Shown: positions 1 through 10,800 of the stretch, piece by piece | Numbering within the stretch: the first letter of the stretch is position 1 | How the letters are laid out: every line of letters begins with the position of its first letter | From: Verrucomicrobiia bacterium | Lineage (GTDB): Bacteria; Verrucomicrobiota; Verrucomicrobiia; Limisphaerales; UBA1319 | Assembly (NCBI GenBank): GCA_963664225.1 | Contig: OY760937.1 | Coordinates: forward strand, 3,840,001 to 3,904,000 | Length of the DNA stretch: 64,000 nucleotides | Direction: 5' to 3' | Program-made: the position numbers and the translations under genes | The notes under the pieces: generated by a model | Told to the model about the DNA's origin: nothing | The model's input: only the letters and a program-made list of their open reading frames with translations | Database searches by the model: none

Positions 1-1
1 C

Positions 2-1588
2 GTGAATGAGGTGCGGGCCGGGCACCAGCAGCGCGGCGGCGAGGGCGGCGGCGGGATCACTCGCTTCTCCGAGGCGCGTGGAAGGAATCCCAAAGCAGTT
101 CGCTATGCCGGCAAAGTCGGTTCTTTTCGCATAATTCACGGCGATGAATCGCCCGCCGTAGAAGAGATCCTGTTGCTGGTGCACGAGGCCAAGCGAATGG
201 TTGTCGAGCAGGATGATTTTCACATCGAGGTTTTCTTCGGCAAGCGTGGCCAATTCCTGGATGTTCATGAGGAAACTGCCATCGCCCGAGAAACAGACCA
301 CGGAGCGTCCGGGCGCCGCAAGCGCGGCCCCGATGGCGGCGGGCAGGCCGAAGCCCATGGTGCCGAGACCGCCCGACGTGAGCCAGGTGCGATGGGAGCG
401 GAAGGGATACGCCTGTGCGACTTTCATTTGGTGCTGGCCCACATCGGTTGTGACGATGGTGTCGTCCGGGAGGCACGCGGCCGCACCCCGGATGATGCCG
501 TAAGCGGTTGATGGATCATCCTCACCTTCGAGTTGGAGGGGATAAGTCGCGCGGAGGCGGCGGATTTCTTCCATCCACTCTTCCCGTTGGCTGGCTTCGA
601 CCATGGGCCGGAGCGCCTGGAGGGCATCACAGGCATCGGCGACAATCCCGATTGAGGTCGGTTTGATCTTTTCGATCTCGCTCGGGTCGATGTCGATGTG
701 GATGATCCGGGCGCGCGGGCAGAACGCCTCGACCTTGCCGGTGGCCCGGTCGTCAAACCGCGCCCCCACGGCGATGAGGAGGTCGCAAACCTCAAGGGCG
801 TGATTGGTGAATCGCGCGCCATGCATGCCCAGCATGCCGAGGTTCAGTGGATGGGTGGAAGGAATTGCGTCGAGCGCCAGCAGGGTGGGGGCGATTGGTA
901 TGGATGCTTTTTCCGCGAACTGCAACAAATCCTCCGCCGCGCCGCTGGCTATGATCCCTCCCCCGATGTAGAGAATCGGACGCCGGGCCGAATGAATCAT
1001 ATCAGCGGCGGCGCGAAGCCGGTCCATGTCCAAAGGCTTTGTGGGGTCTGGCATACCAGGCTCGGGCAGGGACTCGATCTCGATCTCGGCCATTTGCACG
1101 TCCTTGGGCACGTCGATCAGCACGGGGCCGGGCCGCCCGGACGAAGCAATGCGGAAGGCCTCGGGGATGATCCGGATCAGTTCGTGGGCGTCGCGCACCA
1201 GATAGTTGTGTTTGGTGATTGGAATGCTCAGGCCGTAGGTGTCAATTTCCTGGAATGCATCGGTGCCAATGAGCGCAGTGGCCACCTGGCCCGTGATGCA
1301 AACCAGCGGGATGCTGTCGAGCTTGGCGTCGGCAATTGCGGTCAACACATTCGTCGCGCCGGGGCCGGAGGTGGCGAAACAGACCTGCGGACGTCCAGTC
1401 ACCCGCGCCATGCCCTGGGCCATGAATCCGGCACCCTGTTCGTGCCGGGCGAGGACATGGCGGATGCGGCGGCTGCGCGAAAGGGCGTCATACAGCGGGA
1501 GACTCGCGCCGCCCGGGATGCCCGCGATGATTTCGATGCCCTGGCGTTCAAGCAGGGTGATGATGAGTTCTGCGCCTGTGGTTTTCAT
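2..1588 (-). CDS. ilvB: Acetolactate synthase large subunit, 3' end truncated by the window edge (absent from the ORF track)
   Basis: Manual minus-strand translation from ATG 1588: MKTTGAELIITLLERQGIEIIAGIPGGASLPLYDA; later WLTSGGLGTMGFGLPAAIGA and the ThDP-binding motif GDGSFLMN. Confidence 0.95.
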   Translation of the reverse strand, partial: MKTTGAELIITLLERQGIEIIAGIPGGASLPLYDALSRSRRIRHVLARHEQGAGFMAQGMARVTGRPQVCFATSGPGATNVLTAIADAKLDSIPLVCITGQVATALIGTDAFQEIDTYGLSIPITKHNYLVRDAHELIRIIPEAFRIASSGRPGPVLIDVPKDVQMAEIEIESLPEPGMPDPTKPLDMDRLRAAADMIHSARRPILYIGGGIIASGAAEDLLQFAEKASIPIAPTLLALDAIPSTHPLNLGMLGMHGARFTNHALEVCDLLIAVGARFDDRATGKVEAFCPRARIIHIDIDPSEIEKIKPTSIGIVADACDALQALRPMVEASQREEWMEEIRRLRATYPLQLEGEDDPSTAYGIIRGAAACLPDDTIVTTDVGQHQMKVAQAYPFRSHRTWLTSGGLGTMGFGLPAAIGAALAAPGRSVVCFSGDGSFLMNIQELATLAEENLDVKIILLDNHSLGLVHQQQDLFYGGRFIAVNYAKRTDFAGIANCFGIPSTRLGEASDPAAALAAALLVPGPHLIH

Positions 1589-1633
1589 TTTCTCTTTATT
1601 TGGCTGGCGCCGAAGCTTGCAGGCGGAGAAAAC

Positions 1634-1669
1634 AAAAAACCCCGCCGGCTCGCACCGGCAGGGTTTTTT
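1634..1669 (-). terminator. Intrinsic terminator (attenuator) upstream of ilvB
   Basis: Minus strand CCCTGCCGG-TGCGAG-CCGGCGGGG followed by TTTTTT, between the leader peptide and ilvB. Confidence 0.9.
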
Positions 1670-1687
1670 AAAATGTTGGACAAATCC

Positions 1688-1780
1688 CTACCGAGCGACG
1701 CTGTCAACGACAACGACTACTACGACCACTGACAGTGTAACTGCCAGCGCGGCGGAATTTAATATGTGTGAATGATTCAT
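1688..1780 (-). CDS. ilvB leader peptide (ivbL-like), 30 aa
   Basis: MNHSHILNSAALAVTLSVVVVVVVVDSVAR*; 8 consecutive Val codons directly upstream of the terminator. Confidence 0.9.
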   Translation of the reverse strand: MNHSHILNSAALAVTLSVVVVVVVVDSVAR

Positions 1781-1795
1781 CACAACTTCGCCGCC

Positions 1796-1824
1796 AATGT
1801 GGACGCGGTTTTTTCCGGCGTCAA
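1796..1824 (-). promoter_or_regulatory. Putative sigma70 promoter of the ilv leader
   Basis: Minus strand TTGACG-N17-CACATT ending about 15 nt before the leader ATG. Confidence 0.6.
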
Positions 1825-1929
1825 CATTTTTGGAGAGAAATTTTATTCGGACGAATTTGACTCAAATCAAAAGACACAGGAGATCCCTTTCAATGATCCT
1901 GAGTCAGCAAAAGAAGAACGCGTTCTTTC

Positions 1930-2247
1930 TTATTTGGGAATTGAATTCGTTTGCCCCGAGTTTCTCGCTGCCATTTCGCGCAGCAATTCGGTGTAACGTT
2001 TTAGCATCTTTTCCTGTTCTGGATTGAGCCGTGATGTCCGGCTCATTTTAACCAGCCAGTCGTTCCATTGCATCGGAGTGTAAGCCGCAGGCGAATGTAA
2101 TTCGTGGCACTTCGCGCATTTGCCCAGATACAGCTTTTTCGCTTCCTTTAGTTCGCGGGGTGAAATTCCTGGCGACTCGGTTGCGCCAGTTGAGATTGCG
2201 AGGAGAGTCACCGTCACCAACAATGCAGCCAGTTTTAATTGTTTCAT
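1930..2247 (-). CDS. Small exported monoheme cytochrome c
   Basis: Signal peptide and CxxCH motif (CAKCH); start overlaps the stop of the upstream gene. Confidence 0.8.
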   Translation of the reverse strand: MKQLKLAALLVTVTLLAISTGATESPGISPRELKEAKKLYLGKCAKCHELHSPAAYTPMQWNDWLVKMSRTSRLNPEQEKMLKRYTELLREMAARNSGQTNSIPK

Positions 2248-3056
2248 CAGAAGGAAAATCCCGCAACCAAACGGGTGTTGACCCGCTCATGGCCTTCCAA
2301 TTCGAACTGATGATTGTTATCCGCATTATCGGTAAAATTCACCCCGAATACTTGGGGCATGACGCTCAAAACAGCCCACCACCGGCCCCGGTGATAGCTG
2401 GCAACCGGCCCGAGATAGAACGCGGTGTTTTCCCATTCTGAGTAATTGGGGATTTCGTTGTGATCGCGCATTTCGACACCAACACCCCAATATTTTCCGA
2501 TTTGGCGCGCAAGGCCAAAACTCAGTTCCACCTCTCCTTCAGAGTTGCGGTAGCGATCGGTCCATTCGGCGGCATGCGTCAGATTCAGAGCCCATTTCCA
2601 GCGTCCAAAACGCTGGCCCAGAATAATTTTGGCTTCGACCTCGGCTTCGTCATCGGAAAGACGCGGTTCAAGGTAGAGGGTCAAACCGACCTTGTGCTCG
2701 GCAGGATTCCAGATCTGGTAGCGGTTCTCGAATGAAATGCCATCCCACTGGAAGGTTGAATGTTTGATGCCGGTGCCGGGATCCCGAAAGGACTGTTGGA
2801 ATGAGTTTAGATAGAGTTCCACCGTGTAATTGTCGGTCACACCATATTCGATGGAGTCACGAAACTCCCACCGGTTGAAATTGTCCTGTCCGACCGTGGC
2901 ATTGCGCTGGCTGCGCCAGGTGACCCACTGTTCGAATTCCCATCCACCCTTGGGCATGGTTTCCGGCTCATAAGAATAACCAAACATCCGCTCGTTTGCC
3001 GAGGCGGAGAGACTCAGGCCAAAAAGAACGCAGGCCAAACATAAATTATTCGTCAT
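2247..3056 (-). CDS. Putative outer-membrane beta-barrel protein (DUF6662-like)
   Basis: Signal peptide, FGYSYEPETMPKG..EFEQW N-terminal motif, amphipathic strands, C-terminal Phe. Confidence 0.7.
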   Translation of the reverse strand: MTNNLCLACVLFGLSLSASANERMFGYSYEPETMPKGGWEFEQWVTWRSQRNATVGQDNFNRWEFRDSIEYGVTDNYTVELYLNSFQQSFRDPGTGIKHSTFQWDGISFENRYQIWNPAEHKVGLTLYLEPRLSDDEAEVEAKIILGQRFGRWKWALNLTHAAEWTDRYRNSEGEVELSFGLARQIGKYWGVGVEMRDHNEIPNYSEWENTAFYLGPVASYHRGRWWAVLSVMPQVFGVNFTDNADNNHQFELEGHERVNTRLVAGFSF

Positions 3057-3068
3057 GGCAAAACTCTA

Positions 3069-3087
3069 AATGAGACACGGTCTCAAT
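3069..3087. promoter_or_regulatory. 19-bp palindromic operator, Fur-box-like
   Basis: AATGAGAC-ACG-GTCTCAAT, 12 nt upstream of the barrel gene start. Confidence 0.5.
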
Positions 3088-3183
3088 AGCAACCCGAAAA
3101 ACCTGCGCACCGTGGTCATGAATTAATGCGATCTATGAGCTTGTTGGCGTTGTCCCCATGGGATAATCTCGGCAACAATCCTT

Positions 3184-5901
3184 ATGATCCCTGCCAAAAT
3201 AATCTGCCTCGTGGTCTTTGTGCTGTTGGATTTTAATGCGTATTCCCGCGAGTTTGAAGGAGCGCGCACCAACTCAACACTGTTGAACGGTTCCTGGGAG
3301 TTTGCCGTGGGAACGGGAGACGAGACCGCAGGAACTGCTGCAGGACAGCAGAATCTGAAATGGAAACCGGTAATCTTGCCGGGTCCGTTCATGCCCTATT
3401 CGAATGAATCCGCGAACAGCATTAAATGTGTTTGGGCGCGCAGAAAAATTCAGATTTCCAGAACTCAGTCCGAGGGCATTGCGGTGTTGCGCTGGAACCG
3501 CATCGCCTGCGGTGCGGCGGCTTACATAAACGGTAAGAAGGTCGGCGAGAATGAACCCACCGGACCCTATCAAGTCATTCTTCCGCGGGGCGTGCTTCAG
3601 CGGGGCGAAAACGAGATTGTGCTCAAAATACGCGGTGCGGCGGGGGTGCGGCGGAGTCAGAGCGGAAATGCCTTGATCCCAGCAGGATTCGGCGTGGGCA
3701 TGCCGGAAGTGACCGATGACGTGTGGATCGATTTTGCAGATGGGGCGTACGTGAAGTGGGCGTTGGCTATCCCTGATGTGGCCGGCAGCCGTGTGAGGAT
3801 CCGTGTTACACCGGTCGGTCTTGAACGAATGGATGATTTGCGAATCGTCGCGCAGGTGAAACAATGGCCGGAAGGAAAGGTCGTCGGCGAAGGTCAGACG
3901 TTGGCCAGACTTGTGCCGGACCAGGATCCACTTGGAGGCGAACACTTCTTGGTCGAAATTCCGATGCCGGACTTCAAGCCTTGGACCCATGAGAATTGCC
4001 CTCTCTACACCGCCCGTGTGAAACTTGTCAGCAATGGGCGAATTCTGGACGAACTAACCTTCCGATTTGGGATGCGCGAGATCGGTGTGAAGGCCCGCAA
4101 CTACCAATTGAACGGCAGGAACCTTTGGCTGCGCGGTTCGAATCTGGTGTTTGAATGGAACTGGGCCGACACCATCACTGGCCATGAAACGGATTACCTG
4201 GTCACTGAGGCCCGGGAGTTGAGCATGAACTCCTTCCGCACGCACACCCAACCGCCACCGAGACTGTGGTGCGACATTTGCGACGAGAACGGAACCATGA
4301 TTCTGGCTGAGTTTCCGGTCCTCTACAATTACGCGGATTACAAATTCACAGCCGAGGAATACAAAATCTGGCATCAGAATGTGCTCACCGACGTGACTGG
4401 CTGGATGACCAGACTCTGGAACCATCCTTCGGTCATCATGTGGGTTTTGTCCAACGAATCGCGAGGAGACAATGTGTGGGAGGAGGGGCCCTATCAGGAT
4501 TTCGTCAACGCATTCGATCCGACGCGTCCGACACTGCGGACCGGCTCCACAGGAACCAAAGAAAACTACGATTTGCATCCGTGCGGTAATGTCACAGAAA
4601 CGGATGAAGGTCATCTTCAACCGCAGATTCGAGGATGGATCGAGGCAGCCGGTGAGCGCACCACCACGGTCACCGAATACATGAACGACTTTGGCCATCC
4701 ACGCACGCAATGGACTGGAGTGGATGACCGGGCTGCGAACGATCTGGCGGTCGCCCAGATAGGGGCCGAGCATACGGAAGCGATGCGTCGCGCCCGGCTT
4801 GATGGCATCTGGCCGTACATGTATGCGGGTTGGACGCGGACGCGGCTCGCAGCCCGTGTCAAAGAAACCGGCAAGGGAAGCGCCATCTGGAAGGCCAACT
4901 ACGCCGCACCACAATCGGCTGCATGGCACAGTTCGCTTTCTCCCGTGCTTGCCAGTCTTGATTTGTTCGATCCCAATTACACGACCGGGCAAGCTGTCAC
5001 CAACGATCTTCATTTAATCAATGACTCCTGGCATGACGCCAGAATCCATGTGGATTTGTTGCTCACCCGGGAATGCCCTGAGTTTATTCCAGAAGCGAAG
5101 TGTTTTGATGAGCCAGTCCAAAAGTGGAGCTTCGATTTTGCGCTCAAGGCTGACTCTGTCGAGAAGGTGCCGGTTACCTGGAAACTGCCGATGGAGCAGG
5201 GAAACTATTGGCTCACGGCGCGCATGACCGGTGTGTCCGGACGTCCCGTGTTAAGCCAGCGTTTCGTGCGAGCCATTTCCGCACTCACCTTGCCCGCTGC
5301 CGTGAAAAAGCAGGAGTATGCAGTGGTGGGAGGGGATCATGTCGCGCAAGATTTTTTCCAGTCGCACGGTCTCCCGACCACTTCGAGGCTGGACGCCTTG
5401 ATTCCCAATCAACATGTGGTGGTTATTTGGGATGCCTCGCGCCTCTCATCTGAAGAAAAGCGCCAAACCAAAATTCTCGATGATTTTCTGCGTGTTGGAG
5501 GGAAGGTGGTTGTCTTATCCACTCCTTCCTGGGACTGGTCGGAATTGTGCGATGTGAAGATCCTCCGCGATCCACGCTTCTCTCGCGTGTTTCCCTGTCA
5601 GGATCGCAAAGACGCGCTCCTGGCGGGCGTTGATCCAACCTGGCTGATCCGTTGGAATGGCATGCCCGGATCCGTTGCGGTGGGATCGCTGGAAGGTCCC
5701 GGCATGGCCAAAGCGGAGAAGATCCTTTGGGCGCGCGAACCGAAAACAACCGTGATGGCATTGGTTCCCGCCGCCTCGGGGGCCGGTCAAATCTTGTTTG
5801 CGCAGCTTGATCTAAAAGGGCGCGTGGATCGTTCCAAACCCGGCTACGATCCAGTGGCCGAGCGAGTCCTGCTCAGCCTGCTGGTTCGGCAGGATCGGTG
5901 A
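3184..5901 (+). CDS. Glycoside hydrolase family 2 protein, secreted
   Basis: Signal peptide; LNGSWEF, RFGMREI, NSFRTH and WNHPSVIMWVLSNE (acid/base Glu) motifs. Confidence 0.85.
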   Translation: MIPAKIICLVVFVLLDFNAYSREFEGARTNSTLLNGSWEFAVGTGDETAGTAAGQQNLKWKPVILPGPFMPYSNESANSIKCVWARRKIQISRTQSEGIAVLRWNRIACGAAAYINGKKVGENEPTGPYQVILPRGVLQRGENEIVLKIRGAAGVRRSQSGNALIPAGFGVGMPEVTDDVWIDFADGAYVKWALAIPDVAGSRVRIRVTPVGLERMDDLRIVAQVKQWPEGKVVGEGQTLARLVPDQDPLGGEHFLVEIPMPDFKPWTHENCPLYTARVKLVSNGRILDELTFRFGMREIGVKARNYQLNGRNLWLRGSNLVFEWNWADTITGHETDYLVTEARELSMNSFRTHTQPPPRLWCDICDENGTMILAEFPVLYNYADYKFTAEEYKIWHQNVLTDVTGWMTRLWNHPSVIMWVLSNESRGDNVWEEGPYQDFVNAFDPTRPTLRTGSTGTKENYDLHPCGNVTETDEGHLQPQIRGWIEAAGERTTTVTEYMNDFGHPRTQWTGVDDRAANDLAVAQIGAEHTEAMRRARLDGIWPYMYAGWTRTRLAARVKETGKGSAIWKANYAAPQSAAWHSSLSPVLASLDLFDPNYTTGQAVTNDLHLINDSWHDARIHVDLLLTRECPEFIPEAKCFDEPVQKWSFDFALKADSVEKVPVTWKLPMEQGNYWLTARMTGVSGRPVLSQRFVRAISALTLPAAVKKQEYAVVGGDHVAQDFFQSHGLPTTSRLDALIPNQHVVVIWDASRLSSEEKRQTKILDDFLRVGGKVVVLSTPSWDWSELCDVKILRDPRFSRVFPCQDRKDALLAGVDPTWLIRWNGMPGSVAVGSLEGPGMAKAEKILWAREPKTTVMALVPAASGAGQILFAQLDLKGRVDRSKPGYDPVAERVLLSLLVRQDR

Positions 5902-5936
5902 TTTTACAATAGCCGGTTCTAAAAGAGGGCCTATCC

Positions 5937-7091
5937 CTATTCCGGCTTAAGTCCCAATGCCTTCGCGACCACGGCGTCAACCACGGGTTTGCCGTTCACC
6001 ATTTTGCGGGCGAGGCCGAAGCCCTCGTCCCATCCCCAGACCGCCCAGCCAATGTGGTTCTCGGCCAGCACCTCGCCGAAATCGCGAAACCAGTTGGCCC
6101 GGTGCTCCGGCTTGCTGCGGGCGGGGAATACGCCAAACTCACCGCAATACAACGGCACCTCGTTTTTTGCGCCCCACTCGATGCCCTGGCGGAAACGCGC
6201 GGCCAATTTCTCCTTGTTCCAGCGCTCCCTGCCATAATTCTCGACCATTTTCTTTGAGGCAGGCGAGGCTTCCAGGCCAGCCAGGAGCGGTTCCACTGCC
6301 TCGGGACTCGAGGGGTAGGGGACGTCGTGCAATGGTTTGACGGCTTCGGAGCTCCAAGTCGCACCCTGGTGCGTGAAGGCAAACGGATCGTAACAATGGA
6401 ACGAATAAATGACGTTCTTGTCAGACAGCAGTTTGAGTTTTTTCAACCCGTCTATGCCGCCCCAATTGGGGCCGGATGTCACAATGGTGTGCTGCGGCGC
6501 GTTCTCGCGGATGACGGCTGCCAACCGGGTGTTCAGCGTGTTCCATTCCTCCTCGCGACGATCGAATACCGGCTCGTTGATGATTTCGAGAATGGTCATT
6601 TCGGGATCGAACCGGGAGAGCTGTTTTGCCAGCGAACCCCAGAATCGGGCAAAGGCATCCTGCCAGGCCGGATCGAGTTCAGAGGGGCGGTCTTCGTTGT
6701 GAATATCGACCATCACCAGCAGCCCGGCGCGGTGGAAACGCTCGATGGCGGCCTCCAATTGTTTGCCGCGCTCCTCGATGATATCGCCCGAGGTTCGATC
6801 CATGATGACGCGCGGCGCCACGCACAGGCGCACATGTTTCAGACCGATTCTGGCCATGAACCCCGCCTCGTCCTCTGAAATATAGTTCGTGAAATGATCG
6901 GGTTGATTGCGCCGGGGCGAACGAAACCACAGGCAGACGTTGGCGCCGGTCGCCAGCCGATCGAGGCGGCTGCGCGGGACCGCGGTCAAGGCTTCAGCGG
7001 CGAATGGCGAAGGTGTGATGGCCAGGCCGCCTGCGGCCAGGGCGGTCAGGCGCAAAAAAGAACGTCGGTCCATCGACATTGGATTTGTCAT
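5937..7091 (-). CDS. Glycoside hydrolase family 5 (cellulase family), Tat-exported
   Basis: DRRSFL Tat signal (start moved from 7202); EIINEP, FHCY, LYCGEFG and WAVWGW motifs. Confidence 0.9.
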   Translation of the reverse strand: MTNPMSMDRRSFLRLTALAAGGLAITPSPFAAEALTAVPRSRLDRLATGANVCLWFRSPRRNQPDHFTNYISEDEAGFMARIGLKHVRLCVAPRVIMDRTSGDIIEERGKQLEAAIERFHRAGLLVMVDIHNEDRPSELDPAWQDAFARFWGSLAKQLSRFDPEMTILEIINEPVFDRREEEWNTLNTRLAAVIRENAPQHTIVTSGPNWGGIDGLKKLKLLSDKNVIYSFHCYDPFAFTHQGATWSSEAVKPLHDVPYPSSPEAVEPLLAGLEASPASKKMVENYGRERWNKEKLAARFRQGIEWGAKNEVPLYCGEFGVFPARSKPEHRANWFRDFGEVLAENHIGWAVWGWDEGFGLARKMVNGKPVVDAVVAKALGLKPE

Positions 7092-7864
7092 AACGTCAAT
7101 CGATTTGGGTTCCAAATTAGACGCGGCATGCACCGGAATATTCAACATCATTTCGCGAAGCCCATCCCCGGGAAACTGAACCGTAGCAAGCGCCTGCACC
7201 ACGAATCCACGCTCGGGAAATTGGGTGGACGGCTGGGGAATAATGGGTTCCGGATCTGCGTATGTATGCAGAAAGCGACCGTTATCATGAGATGGGCTGT
7301 GTGTGGGGAATCATGGCTGGCACGGGTTGCTGGCGGAGTCAGGTGTGGTATCTTAAACTAGCTACGGAGCCATGGGTTTTCAGCAGGCTTCCCCGCCTGC
7401 GGCCAGTTCTTTGAGCGCCGTGGTGATTGAAAGGCGCAGGTGTGAGGCCTGCGCCATCGTATGTTTCCCAGGCAAGGATGCTTTCAAGGCTTGTTCAGTC
7501 ATGAGACTTTACAGTTTGTTAAAGGAGGTGTCCGCTTTTTGGTGTTTTCGTTCCCGGCGCATTTGGAATTGCGTTTGAAAATATCGTTTGCGAATGCCGG
7601 GATACGTGCTTTCTTTCTACTAATAAAGTCCATTAGAGGACCAAATAAGAAAGCCAGGGTGGGGTTGCTGGGGCAGGGGCGGGAATCCACCTCATTTCAT
7701 ATGTTGGCCATCAATGGATGCCATGCCAGCGGCTGATGCGATTTATGAAAGAAGAAACGATCCTGATGGGTCCGCTTTGGACCGTCTTCCAACAGTACTC
7801 CACCCGCCGGATTCATTTCAGTTGCCTGCACCGGCGCGCTGCAAACCCATGTTCCCCAGGTTTT

Positions 7865-10800
7865 ATGACGCAGTGGCTTTATCGTGCCGCGTGTATTCTC
7901 CTGTTTTCATTGGTCACGACTTCGAGCCTGAGTTCCGTTCAAGCGCAGGGCACGTTGACCAATGGAGTCAGCCAGGATGGCGCGATCTCGGCCGCAGGCG
8001 AAACTGATTCATGGACCATGGCTGCAATCCGGGGGGGCCGAATCACAGTGCAGATTGCAAAACTCACCGGCGGCGCGGGTTTTACCCCGATGATCGAAAT
8101 GTTTTCATCTGACGGCCTGTCGCTTGGAGTCAGCTCGGGTGCCGTGGCGGCGCGACTCGATATCCAGGCGGGGACCAGCGGCAACCTCACCGTGATGGTC
8201 AGCGACGCTCATCAGACCGGGACGGGTAACTACCGATTGCTGCTTGCGCAGGTGCCGGAAGTGTTCACTGTGCCCGCTGGCGATGATGGCGGGGCGTTGG
8301 CCAACGGATTTAATCACCTGGGTACAATCGATCTGGGAGATTTGGATCTTTGGTCTTTCACCGCGAATGCTGGAGACCGGATCGCACTGCAGATTTCCAA
8401 ACTTACCGGTGGCGCGGGGTTCGCGCCGATGATTGAATTATTTGGTCCTGACGGCGCCCGGGTGGGTGTTGATTCGGGAAACCTGGCCGCGCGAGTGGAC
8501 GCGCAGGCTGAAACCAGCGGCACATATACGGTCCTTGTCAGCGCCAGGATTCCTGATGGCTCAGGCAACTACCAACTTCAATTGGCGCAGATTCCCGGCA
8601 GTTTTGTGATCCCGGACGGCGACGAGGGCGGTGCTCTGTCCGACGGGGTGAATCAGAGTGGTTCGATCACGCAGGGCGACCTCGATCTCTGGACTTTTGT
8701 GGCCAGCCCCGGAGATCATATCACATTGGATCTTACGAAACTGTCCGGCGGTGTCGGTTTTACGCCGAGATTCGAATTGTTTGCTCCTGCCGGCGGCGCG
8801 AAGGCATCCGCCCAAGGCGCAACAGCAGCGACGATCGATACGGCTATGGAGGTCGGCGGCACCTACACCATCCTTGTCAGTGATGGCACCAAGAGTGGAT
8901 CGGGCACCTATCAACTTCACTTGACACGCGGCACCATCGCACCGGCTGGAGCCAATGTGCTCACAAATGGAGCGACTGCCCTGGGAAGCATTTCATCCGC
9001 AGGTCATGAGGATCTCTGGACCTTTGCGGCCAGTGTTGGCGACAGCATCGTCATTCGTGCGGGGGAGACGGTTGCAGGCAGCAGTCTGGCTCCCCAGTTG
9101 CGGCTCTACAATCCCGATAATGTTTTGATCAGTTCCTCCACCGCGGCGTCGGCAGCGGAGGTCGCGGTGCGGGCGACCAATAGTGGAACTTTCACGGTGG
9201 CCATCCGCAATAATAACGGCGGGACGGGCACGGGGGGCTATCGGCTGAGCCTGGCGAAAACAGGCAGCCTACTAAATATCTCACCCACGGATGAAGGCGG
9301 CCCCCTGACTAATGGAACAACTTATCTGGGCACCATCGACACTGGGGACATTGACGCATGGACATTCACCGCCAACGCGGGCGAAAGCATCGTTGTGCGG
9401 ATGGGCGAAGTAACGTCCAGCACACTCACTCCCCAACTGCGCCTTTACGGTCCGGATGGGGTTTTATTGGACAGCGCCTACGCGGCTTCGGCCGCCGAAG
9501 TTACCGTGCGTGCCACCAATGGCGGCACTTTCGTGGTGGTGGCTGGCGATTTATCTTCCGGCTGGGCTGGCACGGGCAATTATCGGCTAAGTCTGGCGAA
9601 AACAGGCAGCGCACCCGCCATCTCGCCGACGGACGAAGGCGGCCCCCTGACTAATGGAACAACTTATCTGGGCACCATCGACACTGGGGACATTGACGCA
9701 TGGACATTCACCGCCAACGCAGGCGAAAGCATCGTTGTGCGGATGGGCGAAGTAACGTCCAGCACACTCACGCCCCAACTGCGCCTTTACGGCCCGGATG
9801 GGGTTTTATTGGACAGCGCCTACGCGGCTTCGGCCGCCGAAGTGGCCGTGCGCGCAACCGTTAGTGGAACTTTTTTAGTGGTGGCTGGCGATTTATCTTC
9901 CGGCTGGGCTGGCACGGGCAATTATCGGCTAAGTCTGGCGAAAACAGGCAGCGCACCCGCCATCTCGCCGACGGACGAAGGAGGCCCCCTGACTAATGGA
10001 ACAACTTATCTGGGCACCATCGACACCGGGGATATTGACGCCTGGACTTTCACGGCCAACGCGGGGGATAGCATCGTTGTGCGGATGGGCGAAGTAACGT
10101 CCAGCACACTCACGCCCCAGCTGCGCCTTTACGGCCCGGATGGAGTTTTATTGGACAGTAGCTACGCATCGGCGGCCGCCGAAGTGGTCGTGCGCGCAAC
10201 CGTTAGTGGAACTTTTCTGGTGGTGGCAGGGGATCTTTCATCCGGTTGGACTGGCACAGGCAACTACCGATTAAGTCTGGCAAAAAGTGACAGCCCACTG
10301 ACGATCTCACCCTCGGACGAAGGAGGCACCATGATCAATGGGACCACGTATCTGGGCACCATCGACACCGGGGATATTGACGCCTGGACTTTCACGGCCA
10401 ACGCGGGGGATAGCATCATCGTGCGAATGGGGGAACTTGTGTCGAGCACTCTGACACCTCACCTTCGTCTCTATGGGCCGGATGGTGTTTTATTGGATAG
10501 CGCCAACGCGGCCACTGCTGCGGAAGTGACTGTGCGCGCCACCAATAGCGGGACATTCATGGTGGTGGCGGACGATCTTTCATCCGGCTGGACTGGCACG
10601 GGCAACTACCGGCTGAGCCTGGCAAAGACGGTCAGTCCGATTGTGGTTTCTGCTGGAGACGAGGGCGGGCCAATGACCGGCGGTGGCGAATATGAGGGTA
10701 TGATCGACACCGGCGATATCGATGCCTGGACGCTCACGACTTGCGCAGGGGATATCCTTTCATTCCAGCTATCGGAACTTGTAAGTGGCAGCACATTGAC

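Noticed and set aside
2..1775. Plus-strand ORFs 2-511, 698-1732 and 1239-1775
   Set aside because: Antisense shadows of ilvB and its leader; the Thr run in 1239-1775 is the complement of the Val codons
7318..7333. sigma54-like TGGCACGGGTTGC
   Set aside because: GG-to-GC spacing is 2 nt too short
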